From Escherichia phage phiWec177, in the sequence record LC739532.1: a stretch of DNA of 64,000 nucleotides. One strand, given 5' to 3'. The notes under the pieces are model-generated. The model saw only the letters and a program-made list of their open reading frames with translations, ran no database searches and was not told where the DNA came from. Shown one piece after another: positions 31,612-41,291 of the stretch (positions are counted from its first letter, which is position 1; each line of letters opens with the position of its first letter). Both the position numbers and the translations under genes were made by a program.

Positions 31612-32504
31612 GAGAGAAAACTATGAAAACATCTATCCGTGTTACAGTTCATTCACCAACTAAAGGGACTCATGAAGAAGAGTTTAACATCGTCCAATTC
31701 CCTTCTGGTGAGATTGGTGGACACTTTTCACCGGAGTTTGTTGATTTCACTGCTTATGCAGCATCATCTATCAACAATGTGATTATGATTGTAAAAGGTT
31801 ATGATAAGGACACATTGTTTGCTGTGGCACTTGCTAAAGAAGCAATTGATGATTTAATTCCTCATGATTATGCTTTAAAGACTGTCATCTTTTACTACTT
31901 ACCAAATGCACGATATGACCGTCACATGTTTAAAGGCGACGCAGCAGCTTTAAAGGTTTTTGCTAAACAGGTAAATGCAATGGGGTTTGGTGCAGTCTGT
32001 GCAGTTGACCCTCACAGTTACGTTCCAGATAACCTGTTTAACTGCTTCCAGAGTATTCCTCAAAAGGAGATTGCAGTCCACTACGCAAATGACCCACTGA
32101 TTGATTACTTAGTAGCCCCAGATGCAGGTGCTGCTAAGAAGATTGCAGAGACTGCTAAAGAGGTGGATAAACCATACATCACAATGTCTAAAGTGCGTAA
32201 CCTTAAGACTGGTGAAATTACTGGTATGCGAATCCTTGATGATGTTGATTTGACAGATAAAACCGTCATGATTCTGGATGATATCTGTGATGGTGGTCGA
32301 ACCTTCATAGAAGCAGCGAAACATCTTCGTGAAGCAGGTGCAAAACGTGTGGAACTATATGTAACACATGGTATCTTCTCTAAAGATGTTGAAAACCTTC
32401 TTGACAATGGTATCGACCATATTTACACTACAAACTCTTTAGGCGAAGCTAAAGACCGTGGCTTAACACATTACAGTCAAGTTACTGTAGCAAACCTTGA
32501 TTAG
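31608..32504 (+). CDS. prs: ribose-phosphate pyrophosphokinase-like enzyme (Prs/Adps-like)
   Basis: PRTase-type motif VMILDDICDGGRTF; likely true start ATG 31623 (MKTSIRV); ribose-phosphate versus ADP-ribose substrate cannot be told by eye. Confidence 0.75.
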   Translation: MREKTMKTSIRVTVHSPTKGTHEEEFNIVQFPSGEIGGHFSPEFVDFTAYAASSINNVIMIVKGYDKDTLFAVALAKEAIDDLIPHDYALKTVIFYYLPNARYDRHMFKGDAAALKVFAKQVNAMGFGAVCAVDPHSYVPDNLFNCFQSIPQKEIAVHYANDPLIDYLVAPDAGAAKKIAETAKEVDKPYITMSKVRNLKTGEITGMRILDDVDLTDKTVMILDDICDGGRTFIEAAKHLREAGAKRVELYVTHGIFSKDVENLLDNGIDHIYTTNSLGEAKDRGLTHYSQVTVANLD

Positions 32505-32512
32505 GTAACAGT

Positions 32513-33004
32513 ATGAATAAGGGTTATTTTGAAAAATACCTAATATATGAACCAGATACAGGTTTATTAATTTGGAGAGTAACCCTTTGCAGTACCGCTA
32601 TTGCTGGTAATGTGGCTGGCACAAGGTCTAAGAAGGGTTATATCCAAGTCCAGATAAATAAGAAGAGGTACTATGCACATAATATTGCATGGATTATGTC
32701 TGGAGGTGAGATACCAAGTGGATATGAGATAGACCACATAGACCTTGATAAAGCTAATAATAAGTTGGAGAATTTAAGACTTAGCACAAAGTCACAAAAT
32801 CAGAGGAATAGGGGTATACACAAGAATAATAAAACTGGTGTGAAGGGTGTAAGTTTTTGTAAACAAACAGGTCTTTACAAAGCAAGAGTCATGCTTTACC
32901 GTAAAGAATACTTTTGTGGAAGATTTAAAACGGTAGAAGAAGCAAAAGAAGCTGTAATTAAAAAGCGAATAGAACTTCATGGTGAGTTTGCAAGACATAA
33001 CTAA
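32513..33004 (+). CDS. HNH homing endonuclease (HNH plus AP2-like)
   Basis: 163 aa; EIDHIDLDKANNKLENLRLSTKSQN; C-terminal AP2-like; paralog of 9102-9617. Confidence 0.75.
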   Translation: MNKGYFEKYLIYEPDTGLLIWRVTLCSTAIAGNVAGTRSKKGYIQVQINKKRYYAHNIAWIMSGGEIPSGYEIDHIDLDKANNKLENLRLSTKSQNQRNRGIHKNNKTGVKGVSFCKQTGLYKARVMLYRKEYFCGRFKTVEEAKEAVIKKRIELHGEFARHN

Positions 33005-33019
33005 GAGAGAGATTAAAAG

Positions 33020-34801
33020 ATGACTAAATCACTTTATGCAGTACCAGCAGGTCTTAATGCAGATGCTTACAAGGCATCACATATATATCAGTATCCAGAT
33101 GCTACGCAATATCTTATGTTGAACCTGACACCACGTAGTGACAAATGGTTTAACAGCCCTTTAGCAATTGACGGTGTAGTGGCTTTTGGTATTCAACGTT
33201 TTGTTAAAGATTACTTGATAGACCACTGGAACGCCACTTTCTTTGAACGTGACAAAAAAGAAGCAATTGACGAAATCTTAGAAGTCATGAACGGTGTTCT
33301 AGGTAAAGATGCTATCGGTCGAGAGCATTGGGAAGCACTTCACGACTTAGGTTATCTACCAGTTGAAGTATACGCTGTAGAAGAAGGCACAGTTGTCCCT
33401 ATGCGTGCCCCAATGATTGTCTTCCAGAACACTATTTCAGGTTTCCATTGGGTAGCTGGGTATCTGGAAGATGCTTTCTCTGCTGAGATTTGGAAGGCTT
33501 GTACCATTGCAACTATTGCATTGCACTACAAACGTATCTGTAAGAAGTGGGCTGACCTTACTTGTGACAACGACTTGCATCTACCCTATCAGTGCCATGA
33601 CTTTGCTATGCGTGGTATGTCCGGCTTTACTGATGACGCATTTAACGCTGTAGGTCACTTAACCAGCTTTAAAGGAACTGATAGTTTCCCTGCTGTTTAT
33701 ACAGCTAAACGCATCTACGGTCAGTCCTACCCAATCTCTGATATTGGTAACTCTGTACCAGCCACTGAACACTCTGTAATGTGTGCAAACATTGCTTGGG
33801 AAGGTGGTAATGAGTTGATTGAAGAAGAAAGACGCTTTAAAGGTGAGTTACAAACCTTCCGTCGTTTCTTAACAGAAACTTACCCAACTGGTATTGCAAG
33901 TATTGTTTCAGATACTTACAACTTCTGGAGAACTGTGTCAGAAATCTTACCAGCACTCCGTAAAGAAATTATGGAACGTGATGGCAAACTGGTAATTCGC
34001 CCTGACTCTGGAGACCCTGTACATATTGTCACAGGTTATAAAGCAATTCACTTAGAGTGTGCTAAGAAGGCTTATTACGAGCACCTAAGCAAGCTAGAGG
34101 CAAGTGACACAATGCTGAACTCTGTCCTGAACATGAAGCTTGAAAACATCAATTATGGTATTGCTGGATGGCTACTGTCAGAAGGCTACGAAATGGTTGT
34201 TGACAGAGAAGACTTTGAAGTTGCTGATACAGTGCTGTTGAAAAATGCTTATATGGTTGGTTCTGCAAACGTTGTAACACGTCCTGTAGCGGAGATTGAT
34301 GGAGCTATCAAGACACTGTATAACATCTTTGGGGGAACTATTAACTCTAAAGGGTTTAAGGTACTGGATGAGCATATCGGCCTTATCTATGGTGACTCTA
34401 TCACGCTGGAACGTGCAAACGAAATCCTGAAGCGTCTGTATGAAATGGGTTTTGCAAGCTCTAACGTAGTGTTTGGCGTAGGCTCTTACACTTACCAGTA
34501 CATGACTCGTGACACCTTTGCATTTGCTGTTAAAGCAACTCTTGCAAGCATTGGTGGTAAAGAGATTATGCTTGCAAAAGACCCTAAAACAGATAGTGGT
34601 GTTAAGAAGTCTGCTTTTGGTGGTGTAGCACCTATGTGGGATGGTGATAAGTTGAAAGCTGTAGATGGCTATGGATTCCAGAGCTTTGCAGATGCACTTG
34701 ACCACCCAGCTTGTGCTTTACGTTTAGTCTTTAGTGACTCTGAGCAGTACGGTTACACATCTCTTGGTGATATTCGAAATAATATTGACAAGCAGCTTTA
34801 A
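33020..34801 (+). CDS. nadV: nicotinamide phosphoribosyltransferase family protein (NAMPT/NadV-like, possibly Namat)
   Basis: 593 aa with NAMPT-like stretches ADAYKASHIYQYP, HDFAMRGMSGF...SFKGTDS, IVSDTYNFW...IRPDSGDP. Confidence 0.85.
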   Translation: MTKSLYAVPAGLNADAYKASHIYQYPDATQYLMLNLTPRSDKWFNSPLAIDGVVAFGIQRFVKDYLIDHWNATFFERDKKEAIDEILEVMNGVLGKDAIGREHWEALHDLGYLPVEVYAVEEGTVVPMRAPMIVFQNTISGFHWVAGYLEDAFSAEIWKACTIATIALHYKRICKKWADLTCDNDLHLPYQCHDFAMRGMSGFTDDAFNAVGHLTSFKGTDSFPAVYTAKRIYGQSYPISDIGNSVPATEHSVMCANIAWEGGNELIEEERRFKGELQTFRRFLTETYPTGIASIVSDTYNFWRTVSEILPALRKEIMERDGKLVIRPDSGDPVHIVTGYKAIHLECAKKAYYEHLSKLEASDTMLNSVLNMKLENINYGIAGWLLSEGYEMVVDREDFEVADTVLLKNAYMVGSANVVTRPVAEIDGAIKTLYNIFGGTINSKGFKVLDEHIGLIYGDSITLERANEILKRLYEMGFASSNVVFGVGSYTYQYMTRDTFAFAVKATLASIGGKEIMLAKDPKTDSGVKKSAFGGVAPMWDGDKLKAVDGYGFQSFADALDHPACALRLVFSDSEQYGYTSLGDIRNNIDKQL

Positions 34802-34814
34802 AAGTATATGATAA

Positions 34815-34840
34815 GAGGCTCCTACGGGAGCCTTTTTAAT
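34815..34840 (+). terminator. rho-independent terminator
   Basis: GAGGCTCC-TACG-GGAGCCT then TTTTT. Confidence 0.6.
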
Positions 34841-34854
34841 TTCTGGAGAAAACT

Positions 34855-35190
34855 ATGAAAATCAAAGAGATGAATATCAACATTGTCTTAGAAGAACGTT
34901 GGGAGAACATTAAGAAACCTGAAAATGGTCATAAGTTCCTTAACAAAATTTTAGTAGCAGCTAAAGAAGAACTGACTGGCAAGATTGCAGCAGCAATCAC
35001 AATAAAAATATGTATAAAAGGTCTTCCACAACATCACCAATTTGCGCTTGACGAGTTTAAAGAAAGCTTCTACAATCCAAACAAACAGATGCTTGAAAGT
35101 AACTTTGCAGTATCTACAAGTATCGTCCATGACAGAAGCTTTATCCTTTACAAAAATATGAGAGGTGAGTCATGCAAGCATATTGGATAG
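34855..35190 (+). CDS. hypothetical protein
   Basis: Track ORF. Confidence 0.35.
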   Translation: MKIKEMNINIVLEERWENIKKPENGHKFLNKILVAAKEELTGKIAAAITIKICIKGLPQHHQFALDEFKESFYNPNKQMLESNFAVSTSIVHDRSFILYKNMRGESCKHIG

Positions 35191-35363
35191 AAATTTTACT
35201 GTCACTTAGTAGTGTAGCAGTTTTTGTTTACCTTCTTTGCAAGTACTATGCAGAGTACAAGAAGTGTGATTACTGCAATGGGAAGGGTATACAAGAGCAG
35301 GTTGTTGCCCTATGTGTGGTGGTTCTGGTAAAATGTTTAATAAGTAATTTAACAGTAAACTAA
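35172..35363 (+). CDS. hypothetical small membrane protein
   Basis: Hydrophobic segment plus CDYCNGKG. Confidence 0.3.
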   Translation: MQAYWIEILLSLSSVAVFVYLLCKYYAEYKKCDYCNGKGIQEQVVALCVVVLVKCLISNLTVN

Positions 35364-35375
35364 GAGGAAAGTATT

Positions 35376-37742
35376 ATGCGCATGGTAAATGACCACGCAG
35401 AAGTGATTAAGAGTTCAACTTCTTTGGAGACATCTCAAGCACAGATTACAATGACACCTGAAATGTTCAGCCTTTTGAGTTCTGGTGTATATACCTTTAA
35501 AGAAAGGGCAGTGATTCGTGAACTGTCATGTAACGCAGTAGATGCTCAGAAAGAAGCTGGAAAAGAGAATATCCCGTTCCATGTGCATTTACCTACTCGT
35601 TTTGAGCCTTACTTTGAAGTCCGTGATTTTGGAACTGGATTGACTCATGATAAAGTTATGAGTTTGTACCTAAACTACGGGGCTTCTACGAAGAATGACT
35701 CTAATGATTACATTGGTGCAATGGGTATCGGTTCAAAATCTCCATTTGCAATTGCTCAGTCATTCACAGTATCTAGCTATGTTGATGGTGTTGTTAATAA
35801 GTACTCTGTTTACCTTGAGAATGGTATCCCTCAAGTAACTAAGCTGACCACTAACCCAACAAAAGAACCTAATGGTTTAGCTGTACGTGTGGCAGTTGCT
35901 GACCACCGTATTTCAAAGTTCTTTGAAGAGGCTGGTCACGTATACTCATACTTTGCTGTAAAACCAGAAAGTAATATTGTATATGATGACGTGTTAGCAG
36001 ACATGAATGTCATTGCTCGTGAAGAAGGTGTTTATGACGCTATGATTCATAAGCAAAGCTGGCGTTCTAGTGGTAACAGGACAGAGTTTAATGTGGTGAT
36101 GGGTAATATTGCCTATCCAGTTAATATGGAAGCATTACTTGGTGATGATTTCTTCAAAGTCTTGCCAGAGTTTTTCCGTAGGAGCGTAGACCTTGTAAAC
36201 ATTTACATGCCTATTGGTTCAGTTGCTATTGCAGCTTCTCGTGAAGCATTGCAGATGAATGATACGACAAAAAATGTTATCATTGAGGCTACTAAAAAGA
36301 TAACTGAAGCCATTACAAAGGATGTTATCAAGAAAGTTAACAGCCAACCTACACTCATGGATGCTGCACAGGCTTATGCTGAGTTACGTTTGAACTCACG
36401 AGAGATGTTTAATGTTGTGTGTCCAAAGCTAGAGTGGGGAGGCGTTAAGCTTGATTCTCTGGAAGTAGAATTACTAAACATCCGTCGTGGGATTATCTAC
36501 GCAGAAGACGGCTCAGTCATTTATGAACGTGACGGTAAAGGTAATATCAAGGTTGATAGGAACGGGAACAATATCCCTAAAGTGGATTATCTTTATAATC
36601 CAGTTGCTTATGTCAAGTTCAACTCTTTAGAGAGTAAGATTCGTGCAACAGCACTTTCCTACACTCAAGAGGCAAGTATGTTCAATATCTTTGGTGCAAT
36701 GCGTAAAAGCCAAATTGAACAGTTTTTGTTCGTGATTAATGACCGTCGTAATAAAAATGGCACTGAGAAGACTGTAGGCCGCAATCAGATTCTGCGTGGT
36801 GCATGTCGAGATTACGCCAGTGAGTCAAGTCTGTTTCACAGATATAATGGTATTGTGTTTGTATTCTCGACTGAAAAAGAGCTAGATGACTTAATCAACC
36901 TACACAAACTTGATAAAAGCTTGTTAAAGATTGTGAAGATGTCTGATAAGGAACATCACTATCAGCGTAAAGAAGCTGTAAGAGGTGTTGTAAAACTCTG
37001 GAAAGCTGTTCCAGCAGAAGGTGTAGCCTCATACACAGAGGTGTCAGAAGACTTAGACACAATTGAAGAACCTCAGCTTTACATTAAGGCAGTTGGCGAC
37101 ACAGTTGATGGTGAATGTTTTTGCTCATCTCCAGAAGATGTAGCTAAGTCAGTTGCTAATGTTATAGGGAAGACAGTCTATGTTTTCCGAAAAGCAAATT
37201 GGAAAAAGATACCAGAAGACTGGATTGAAGTAGATGAGAAGCTCTTGAACGACAGCTTAACTGATGTTCATTGGATTAATCATAACAGGTATATGACACG
37301 CATCTGTATGCGTGGTGTCCTTAACCTTACAAGCTGTTGGATTATTACCAGAAACTTTACGTTCAATAACAGGAAGATTTCTGATGGTTATTGCTATTCA
37401 CGGGACACAAACAAAACTATCTTCCTAGAAGGTAATGAAGATGCTGTTGAGGCAATGTTCGGTAAAATCCAATACGTTGCTGCACAATTTGCATACACTT
37501 ACACTATTAGTGTGTTGCAAGATTTGAAAAGGTGTCTTGATAATGATACAAAGCTTTACAAGAAAATTAAGAAAGCTGGTGACCGTATGTTTATTAAGGT
37601 GACAAACTACTTCTCAAAAAGAAAACAAGAAAACTTCTTGCTTTCTCATTTAGATTGGAATAAAGTGTCACCCATCGAAGTGAGTAAGTTCTTGGGCTTT
37701 GATGTGAAGTGTGTTCCAGAAGGGACTACAATTTACGATTAA
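35376..37742 (+). CDS. rIIA: rIIA-like protein (N-terminal GHKL-type ATPase fold)
   Basis: 788 aa; AVIRELSCNAVDAQ, VRDFGTGL and GAMGIGSKSPF match GHKL ATPase N-box/G1/G2 as in T4 rIIA. Confidence 0.75.
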   Translation: MRMVNDHAEVIKSSTSLETSQAQITMTPEMFSLLSSGVYTFKERAVIRELSCNAVDAQKEAGKENIPFHVHLPTRFEPYFEVRDFGTGLTHDKVMSLYLNYGASTKNDSNDYIGAMGIGSKSPFAIAQSFTVSSYVDGVVNKYSVYLENGIPQVTKLTTNPTKEPNGLAVRVAVADHRISKFFEEAGHVYSYFAVKPESNIVYDDVLADMNVIAREEGVYDAMIHKQSWRSSGNRTEFNVVMGNIAYPVNMEALLGDDFFKVLPEFFRRSVDLVNIYMPIGSVAIAASREALQMNDTTKNVIIEATKKITEAITKDVIKKVNSQPTLMDAAQAYAELRLNSREMFNVVCPKLEWGGVKLDSLEVELLNIRRGIIYAEDGSVIYERDGKGNIKVDRNGNNIPKVDYLYNPVAYVKFNSLESKIRATALSYTQEASMFNIFGAMRKSQIEQFLFVINDRRNKNGTEKTVGRNQILRGACRDYASESSLFHRYNGIVFVFSTEKELDDLINLHKLDKSLLKIVKMSDKEHHYQRKEAVRGVVKLWKAVPAEGVASYTEVSEDLDTIEEPQLYIKAVGDTVDGECFCSSPEDVAKSVANVIGKTVYVFRKANWKKIPEDWIEVDEKLLNDSLTDVHWINHNRYMTRICMRGVLNLTSCWIITRNFTFNNRKISDGYCYSRDTNKTIFLEGNEDAVEAMFGKIQYVAAQFAYTYTISVLQDLKRCLDNDTKLYKKIKKAGDRMFIKVTNYFSKRKQENFLLSHLDWNKVSPIEVSKFLGFDVKCVPEGTTIYD

Positions 37743-37747
37743 AGTGT

Positions 37748-37777
37748 TTGACAAGGGGCTTCAAAGCCCCTTAGAAT
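37748..37777 (+). promoter_or_regulatory. sigma70-like promoter overlapping a hairpin
   Basis: TTGACA-18 bp-TAGAAT; spacer contains AGGGGCTT-CAAA-GCCCCTT hairpin. Confidence 0.4.
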
Positions 37778-37821
37778 ATCCTCACAAAATGATTTATTAA
37801 CTAACAAGAGAGAGTAATAAG

Positions 37822-38931
37822 ATGACTACTAAAACTAAATCACAGATTGACGCAGAAATTTACAAACTGGTTAAAGATGGCAAGCTGACTAAAACAGCTA
37901 TTGCACAGAGATTTAATACTTCAACCCGTTCAGTTGGTCGTGCTGTAGAGCGTCATGAAGCAACCTTAAAAGGAAATAAGAAGGTGACTTCTACACCAGC
38001 TACGAAGACTTTGAAGCAAGTTGCTAAGACCTTTAAAAAGAAAGCTGGCAAACCAGTTGAAAAGGTTGTTAAAGATGCTGTACAGAAAGCTCCGGTAAAT
38101 AAACTGCATGAAGCTATGCAGAAAGATGACAAGATTGAGTACATGATTACTGGTGACTCTGTAATTATGACTTACGGTTCAGAGTCTGAAATTGTTGAAT
38201 CTACTCATCCGAACTATCAAGAGATTGTAGTTCATGTTGTGAAAGGTGAGTTTAAGAAAGCCTTTGAACTGATGAACATTCGTAAGTCTATCGAAAACTT
38301 CACTCAGGGGGCTATCACAATCAAAGGTGACAAGCTATTCTACGGTGCTGTTGAGATGCGTTCTACTCTGGTTGACCGTATTCTTCACATGATGAAGACT
38401 GGTGATAAAGGTTTTGAACGACTTGTAATGTTCTTCGAAAAACTGATGGAAAACCCATCTAAAGATTCTGTAGAACAACTTTGGGGCTTCGTATCTCACC
38501 TTGATGTTGAAATTGATGAAGAAGGCTACATCATTGGTTGGAAGAAAGTATCCACTCGTGAAGGCAAGCTGGTTGACTCCCACACCTACAGAGTACCTAA
38601 TGATTTAGGTAATATTGTAGAAATGCCACGTTGGATGGTTGATAATAACCGTAACGTGACTTGCTCTCAGGGTCTTCATGTTGGTGCTTGGGATTATGTT
38701 CGTTGCTTCTCAGGTGATACAATTCTGAAGGTTCGTGTTCATCCACGAGATGTTGTATCTGTTCCAACTGATTACAACGATATGAAGATGCGCTCGTCTC
38801 GTTATGAAGTTGCAGCAATCGTTGATAATCAACGTAAAGTACTGAAAGCATGGGATGGCAAGACTGAAGCTTTTCATGTCATCGTTGGTACTGCTGGAGA
38901 ACTTATCTCTCAGCGTAAACGTGAAATCTAA
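37822..38931 (+). CDS. rIIB: rIIB-like protein
   Basis: Immediately downstream of rIIA-like gene; ...VHPRDVVSVPTDYNDMKMR... resembles rIIB as I recall it; not verified. Confidence 0.55.
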   Translation: MTTKTKSQIDAEIYKLVKDGKLTKTAIAQRFNTSTRSVGRAVERHEATLKGNKKVTSTPATKTLKQVAKTFKKKAGKPVEKVVKDAVQKAPVNKLHEAMQKDDKIEYMITGDSVIMTYGSESEIVESTHPNYQEIVVHVVKGEFKKAFELMNIRKSIENFTQGAITIKGDKLFYGAVEMRSTLVDRILHMMKTGDKGFERLVMFFEKLMENPSKDSVEQLWGFVSHLDVEIDEEGYIIGWKKVSTREGKLVDSHTYRVPNDLGNIVEMPRWMVDNNRNVTCSQGLHVGAWDYVRCFSGDTILKVRVHPRDVVSVPTDYNDMKMRSSRYEVAAIVDNQRKVLKAWDGKTEAFHVIVGTAGELISQRKREI

Positions 38932-38947
38932 TAAGTAATTTCTTAAA

Positions 38948-38973
38948 AGGCTGCTTCGGCGGCCTTTTTTATT
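38948..38973 (+). terminator. rho-independent terminator
   Basis: GGCTGC-TTCG-GCGGCC then TTTTTT. Confidence 0.55.
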
Positions 38974-39031
38974 TGTATTTTGTGCAGAGTGCTGTATAAT
39001 TGTTGTCACGATAAACTAAACAGGAGAACCA

Positions 39032-39580
39032 ATGAAGAAATTGATTCTAGGTTTGTGCTTAATGTTTACAGCACACTTATCTTATGCAGTTGACTGCCCA
39101 GAGCTATCAATTAGCCAAAAAGTAAACATGTTAAAAGCTTACCAGTATGGTGAGAATAACATGGGTAAAGGTTGGGGTATCACTCTAGCTGCTATAGCCT
39201 TACAAGAGTCAGAGTTAGGTCTGAAGGTAGAGAATAAAAAGACACATGATTATGGTATTTTCCAGAATCACTTGAAGACTGTTGTAAAGCGTAACAAAAT
39301 TAGTCCTAATGTGGCTAAAAAGAAACTCTTAAAAGACTTTGACTATGCTGCGAAGGAAACGCACAAAGAACTTGAGTTTTGGACAAAGGTGCATGGTCAG
39401 CCAAAGTCAAAGAAGATTTTACAAAAAGTTTTAGCATCATATAATGCTGGGTATTCGTACAGAATCCCTAAAGCTAAGAAATATTCTCAAGATGTCTATA
39501 ACAACATGAAAGTTATCGCTCAATGTGAATTTGCAACAAACATTTCTAAGGTAAATCATGAAAAAATTAAGAAAGTCTGA
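39032..39580 (+). CDS. secreted lytic transglycosylase-like protein
   Basis: Signal peptide MKKLILGLCLMFTAHLSYA; ...ALQESELG...GIFQ...SYNAGYS resembles the SLT-domain E-S / GLMQ / AYNxG pattern. Confidence 0.45.
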   Translation: MKKLILGLCLMFTAHLSYAVDCPELSISQKVNMLKAYQYGENNMGKGWGITLAAIALQESELGLKVENKKTHDYGIFQNHLKTVVKRNKISPNVAKKKLLKDFDYAAKETHKELEFWTKVHGQPKSKKILQKVLASYNAGYSYRIPKAKKYSQDVYNNMKVIAQCEFATNISKVNHEKIKKV

Positions 39581-40253
39581 TGAAGTACTGTGCCATGCTT
39601 ATGACTTGCATCCTCATGAGTTAGGTCTTGATTCTGACATATGGACTCCAGAACAGTGTAGGGATTTTGAAGACACCGCAAGAGAAGTTGTATGTTCACT
39701 CGAAGAGTTCCACACATCAGAGCCAATTGTGAATGTTGTAGATAAAGAGACTGGACAAACTATAGGTGTGAGTCGTGATAGCTTAGTCATAGTCAATAAA
39801 GACCTTGTAGAAAAAGGGAATCTCATCTTAGCAGATATTGATGGTGTTCTTACAAATTTTAATCACGAAGATTGCTCAACGGAATTGACCGACGGTTCAT
39901 TCTCGCAGTATACCAATCTTCTTGATTCTGTAAGAGCAAAGCCGACGTATGTTTTCAATATCATTGATGCAATTGCTAATCATGCTGCTGTTGGACTCTT
40001 GACAGCGAGAGGTGAATCTCAGAGAATACCTACTGAGATGTTTTTAAGGCATAACACAGAGCATGACTACATGCTTTTTATGCGTGGTTTTGGGACTAAC
40101 TCTATAAGTGCAGAAAGTTTGAAAGTGAGGATAATTCAGTCTTGCATTCTGCCTTACTTTAATATAGTATGTTTTATAGAAGACACAGAGAAGAATGTGC
40201 AGAAGGTGAACAGAATCCTTCCACACATTAAAACCATGTTAGTTAAACATTGA
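39558..40253 (+). CDS. HAD-family phosphatase-like protein (possible 5'-nucleotidase)
   Basis: LILADIDGVLTNF matches HAD motif I (DxDGxL). Confidence 0.45.
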   Translation: MKKLRKSDEVLCHAYDLHPHELGLDSDIWTPEQCRDFEDTAREVVCSLEEFHTSEPIVNVVDKETGQTIGVSRDSLVIVNKDLVEKGNLILADIDGVLTNFNHEDCSTELTDGSFSQYTNLLDSVRAKPTYVFNIIDAIANHAAVGLLTARGESQRIPTEMFLRHNTEHDYMLFMRGFGTNSISAESLKVRIIQSCILPYFNIVCFIEDTEKNVQKVNRILPHIKTMLVKH

Positions 40254-40263
40254 GAGAAAACTT

Positions 40264-40728
40264 ATGAACAATATCATTACGGTAGCACTGGACGTTACGG
40301 CAAACAAATCTGAAGTAGTTCGTAACATTATCAAGAGCAACTTTGAGGGTAAAATCTTCCGTGCTGTCAATGTAAAAGCAGACGGTAACATCCGAGAGTA
40401 TCGTGCTCTTTTGAATGTTAAGAAACACGTAAAAGGTTCTGGCTCAACGACAGCACATAAAGAAAATCTGATGACTATCTATGATATGGGTATGGCTTCA
40501 GAATTAGGTGCTGAAGGTATTGTTAAAGAAGGTGCTCCGTATCGCTCTTTCAATCTGGAAACTGCTCTTATGCTTTCCTTTACAAGTGGTTCTAAAACAA
40601 CTACTTATCTCTTTACTGATGCTGCAACGGTATCTGCTATTAAGGATAGCACTATCAAAGCTGGCGTAGTTGCTGCTGCAAAAGCTTCTTCGATGGCTGC
40701 GAATATCCTTGCTAAAGTCCTCGGTTAA
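40264..40728 (+). CDS. hypothetical protein
   Basis: Track ORF. Confidence 0.4.
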   Translation: MNNIITVALDVTANKSEVVRNIIKSNFEGKIFRAVNVKADGNIREYRALLNVKKHVKGSGSTTAHKENLMTIYDMGMASELGAEGIVKEGAPYRSFNLETALMLSFTSGSKTTTYLFTDAATVSAIKDSTIKAGVVAAAKASSMAANILAKVLG

Positions 40729-40738
40729 GGTTAAGATA

Positions 40739-40768
40739 CAGGCTCCTTCGGGAGCCTTTTTCATTTTA
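40739..40768 (+). terminator. rho-independent terminator
   Basis: CAGGCTCC-TTCG-GGAGCCT then TTTTT. Confidence 0.6.
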
Positions 40769-40780
40769 GGAGATTGTTAA

Positions 40781-41128
40781 ATGACATTTAAAGAGTTCTG
40801 TCAAGCTACTTTCATAATTGTTTTCTTAGTTGGTGCAGGTGTCTGGGGAGGATACTCTTACAGAGACTATCAAGTTGCTGAAACTGAGCTAAACAATCAA
40901 AAGCTCATAAGTGTTGCTAAAGATGCTTATCAGGAAGGATTAGTCACACTGAGCACCAATTACAAAAATGATTTGAAAGATGTGCTTGCTAAGAATAAGC
41001 ATACAAAAGAGGTACTAACATATGAAAAAACTAAGCCAGAGTTTTATAATGTTTGTGTTACTGATAACTATGTCAGGGTGTTCAACGAACAAAGTGAGCA
41101 GTACATTCAAAAACTCCCAAGTAAGTGA
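40781..41128 (+). CDS. hypothetical membrane-anchored protein
   Basis: N-terminal hydrophobic FIIVFLVGAGVWGG. Confidence 0.35.
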   Translation: MTFKEFCQATFIIVFLVGAGVWGGYSYRDYQVAETELNNQKLISVAKDAYQEGLVTLSTNYKNDLKDVLAKNKHTKEVLTYEKTKPEFYNVCVTDNYVRVFNEQSEQYIQKLPSK

Positions 41129-41291
41129 GAGTGATAAGTACACTCAAGAAGAATCACGGTATATCATCAAAGGTAACACAGGCAGTGATGTAGCAGCAGC
41201 CCTTGAGTCCTATCGTGACGGCTTTTACCAGTGCACAATCAAAGCTAACAACCTTATTGACATGATTTTATTAGGAAATAAACAGCAATGA
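41022..41291 (+). CDS. putative lipoprotein
   Basis: MKKLSQSFIMFVLLITMSGCSTN signal with lipobox-like MSGC; overlaps previous ORF in another frame. Confidence 0.45.
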   Translation: MKKLSQSFIMFVLLITMSGCSTNKVSSTFKNSQVSESDKYTQEESRYIIKGNTGSDVAAALESYRDGFYQCTIKANNLIDMILLGNKQQ

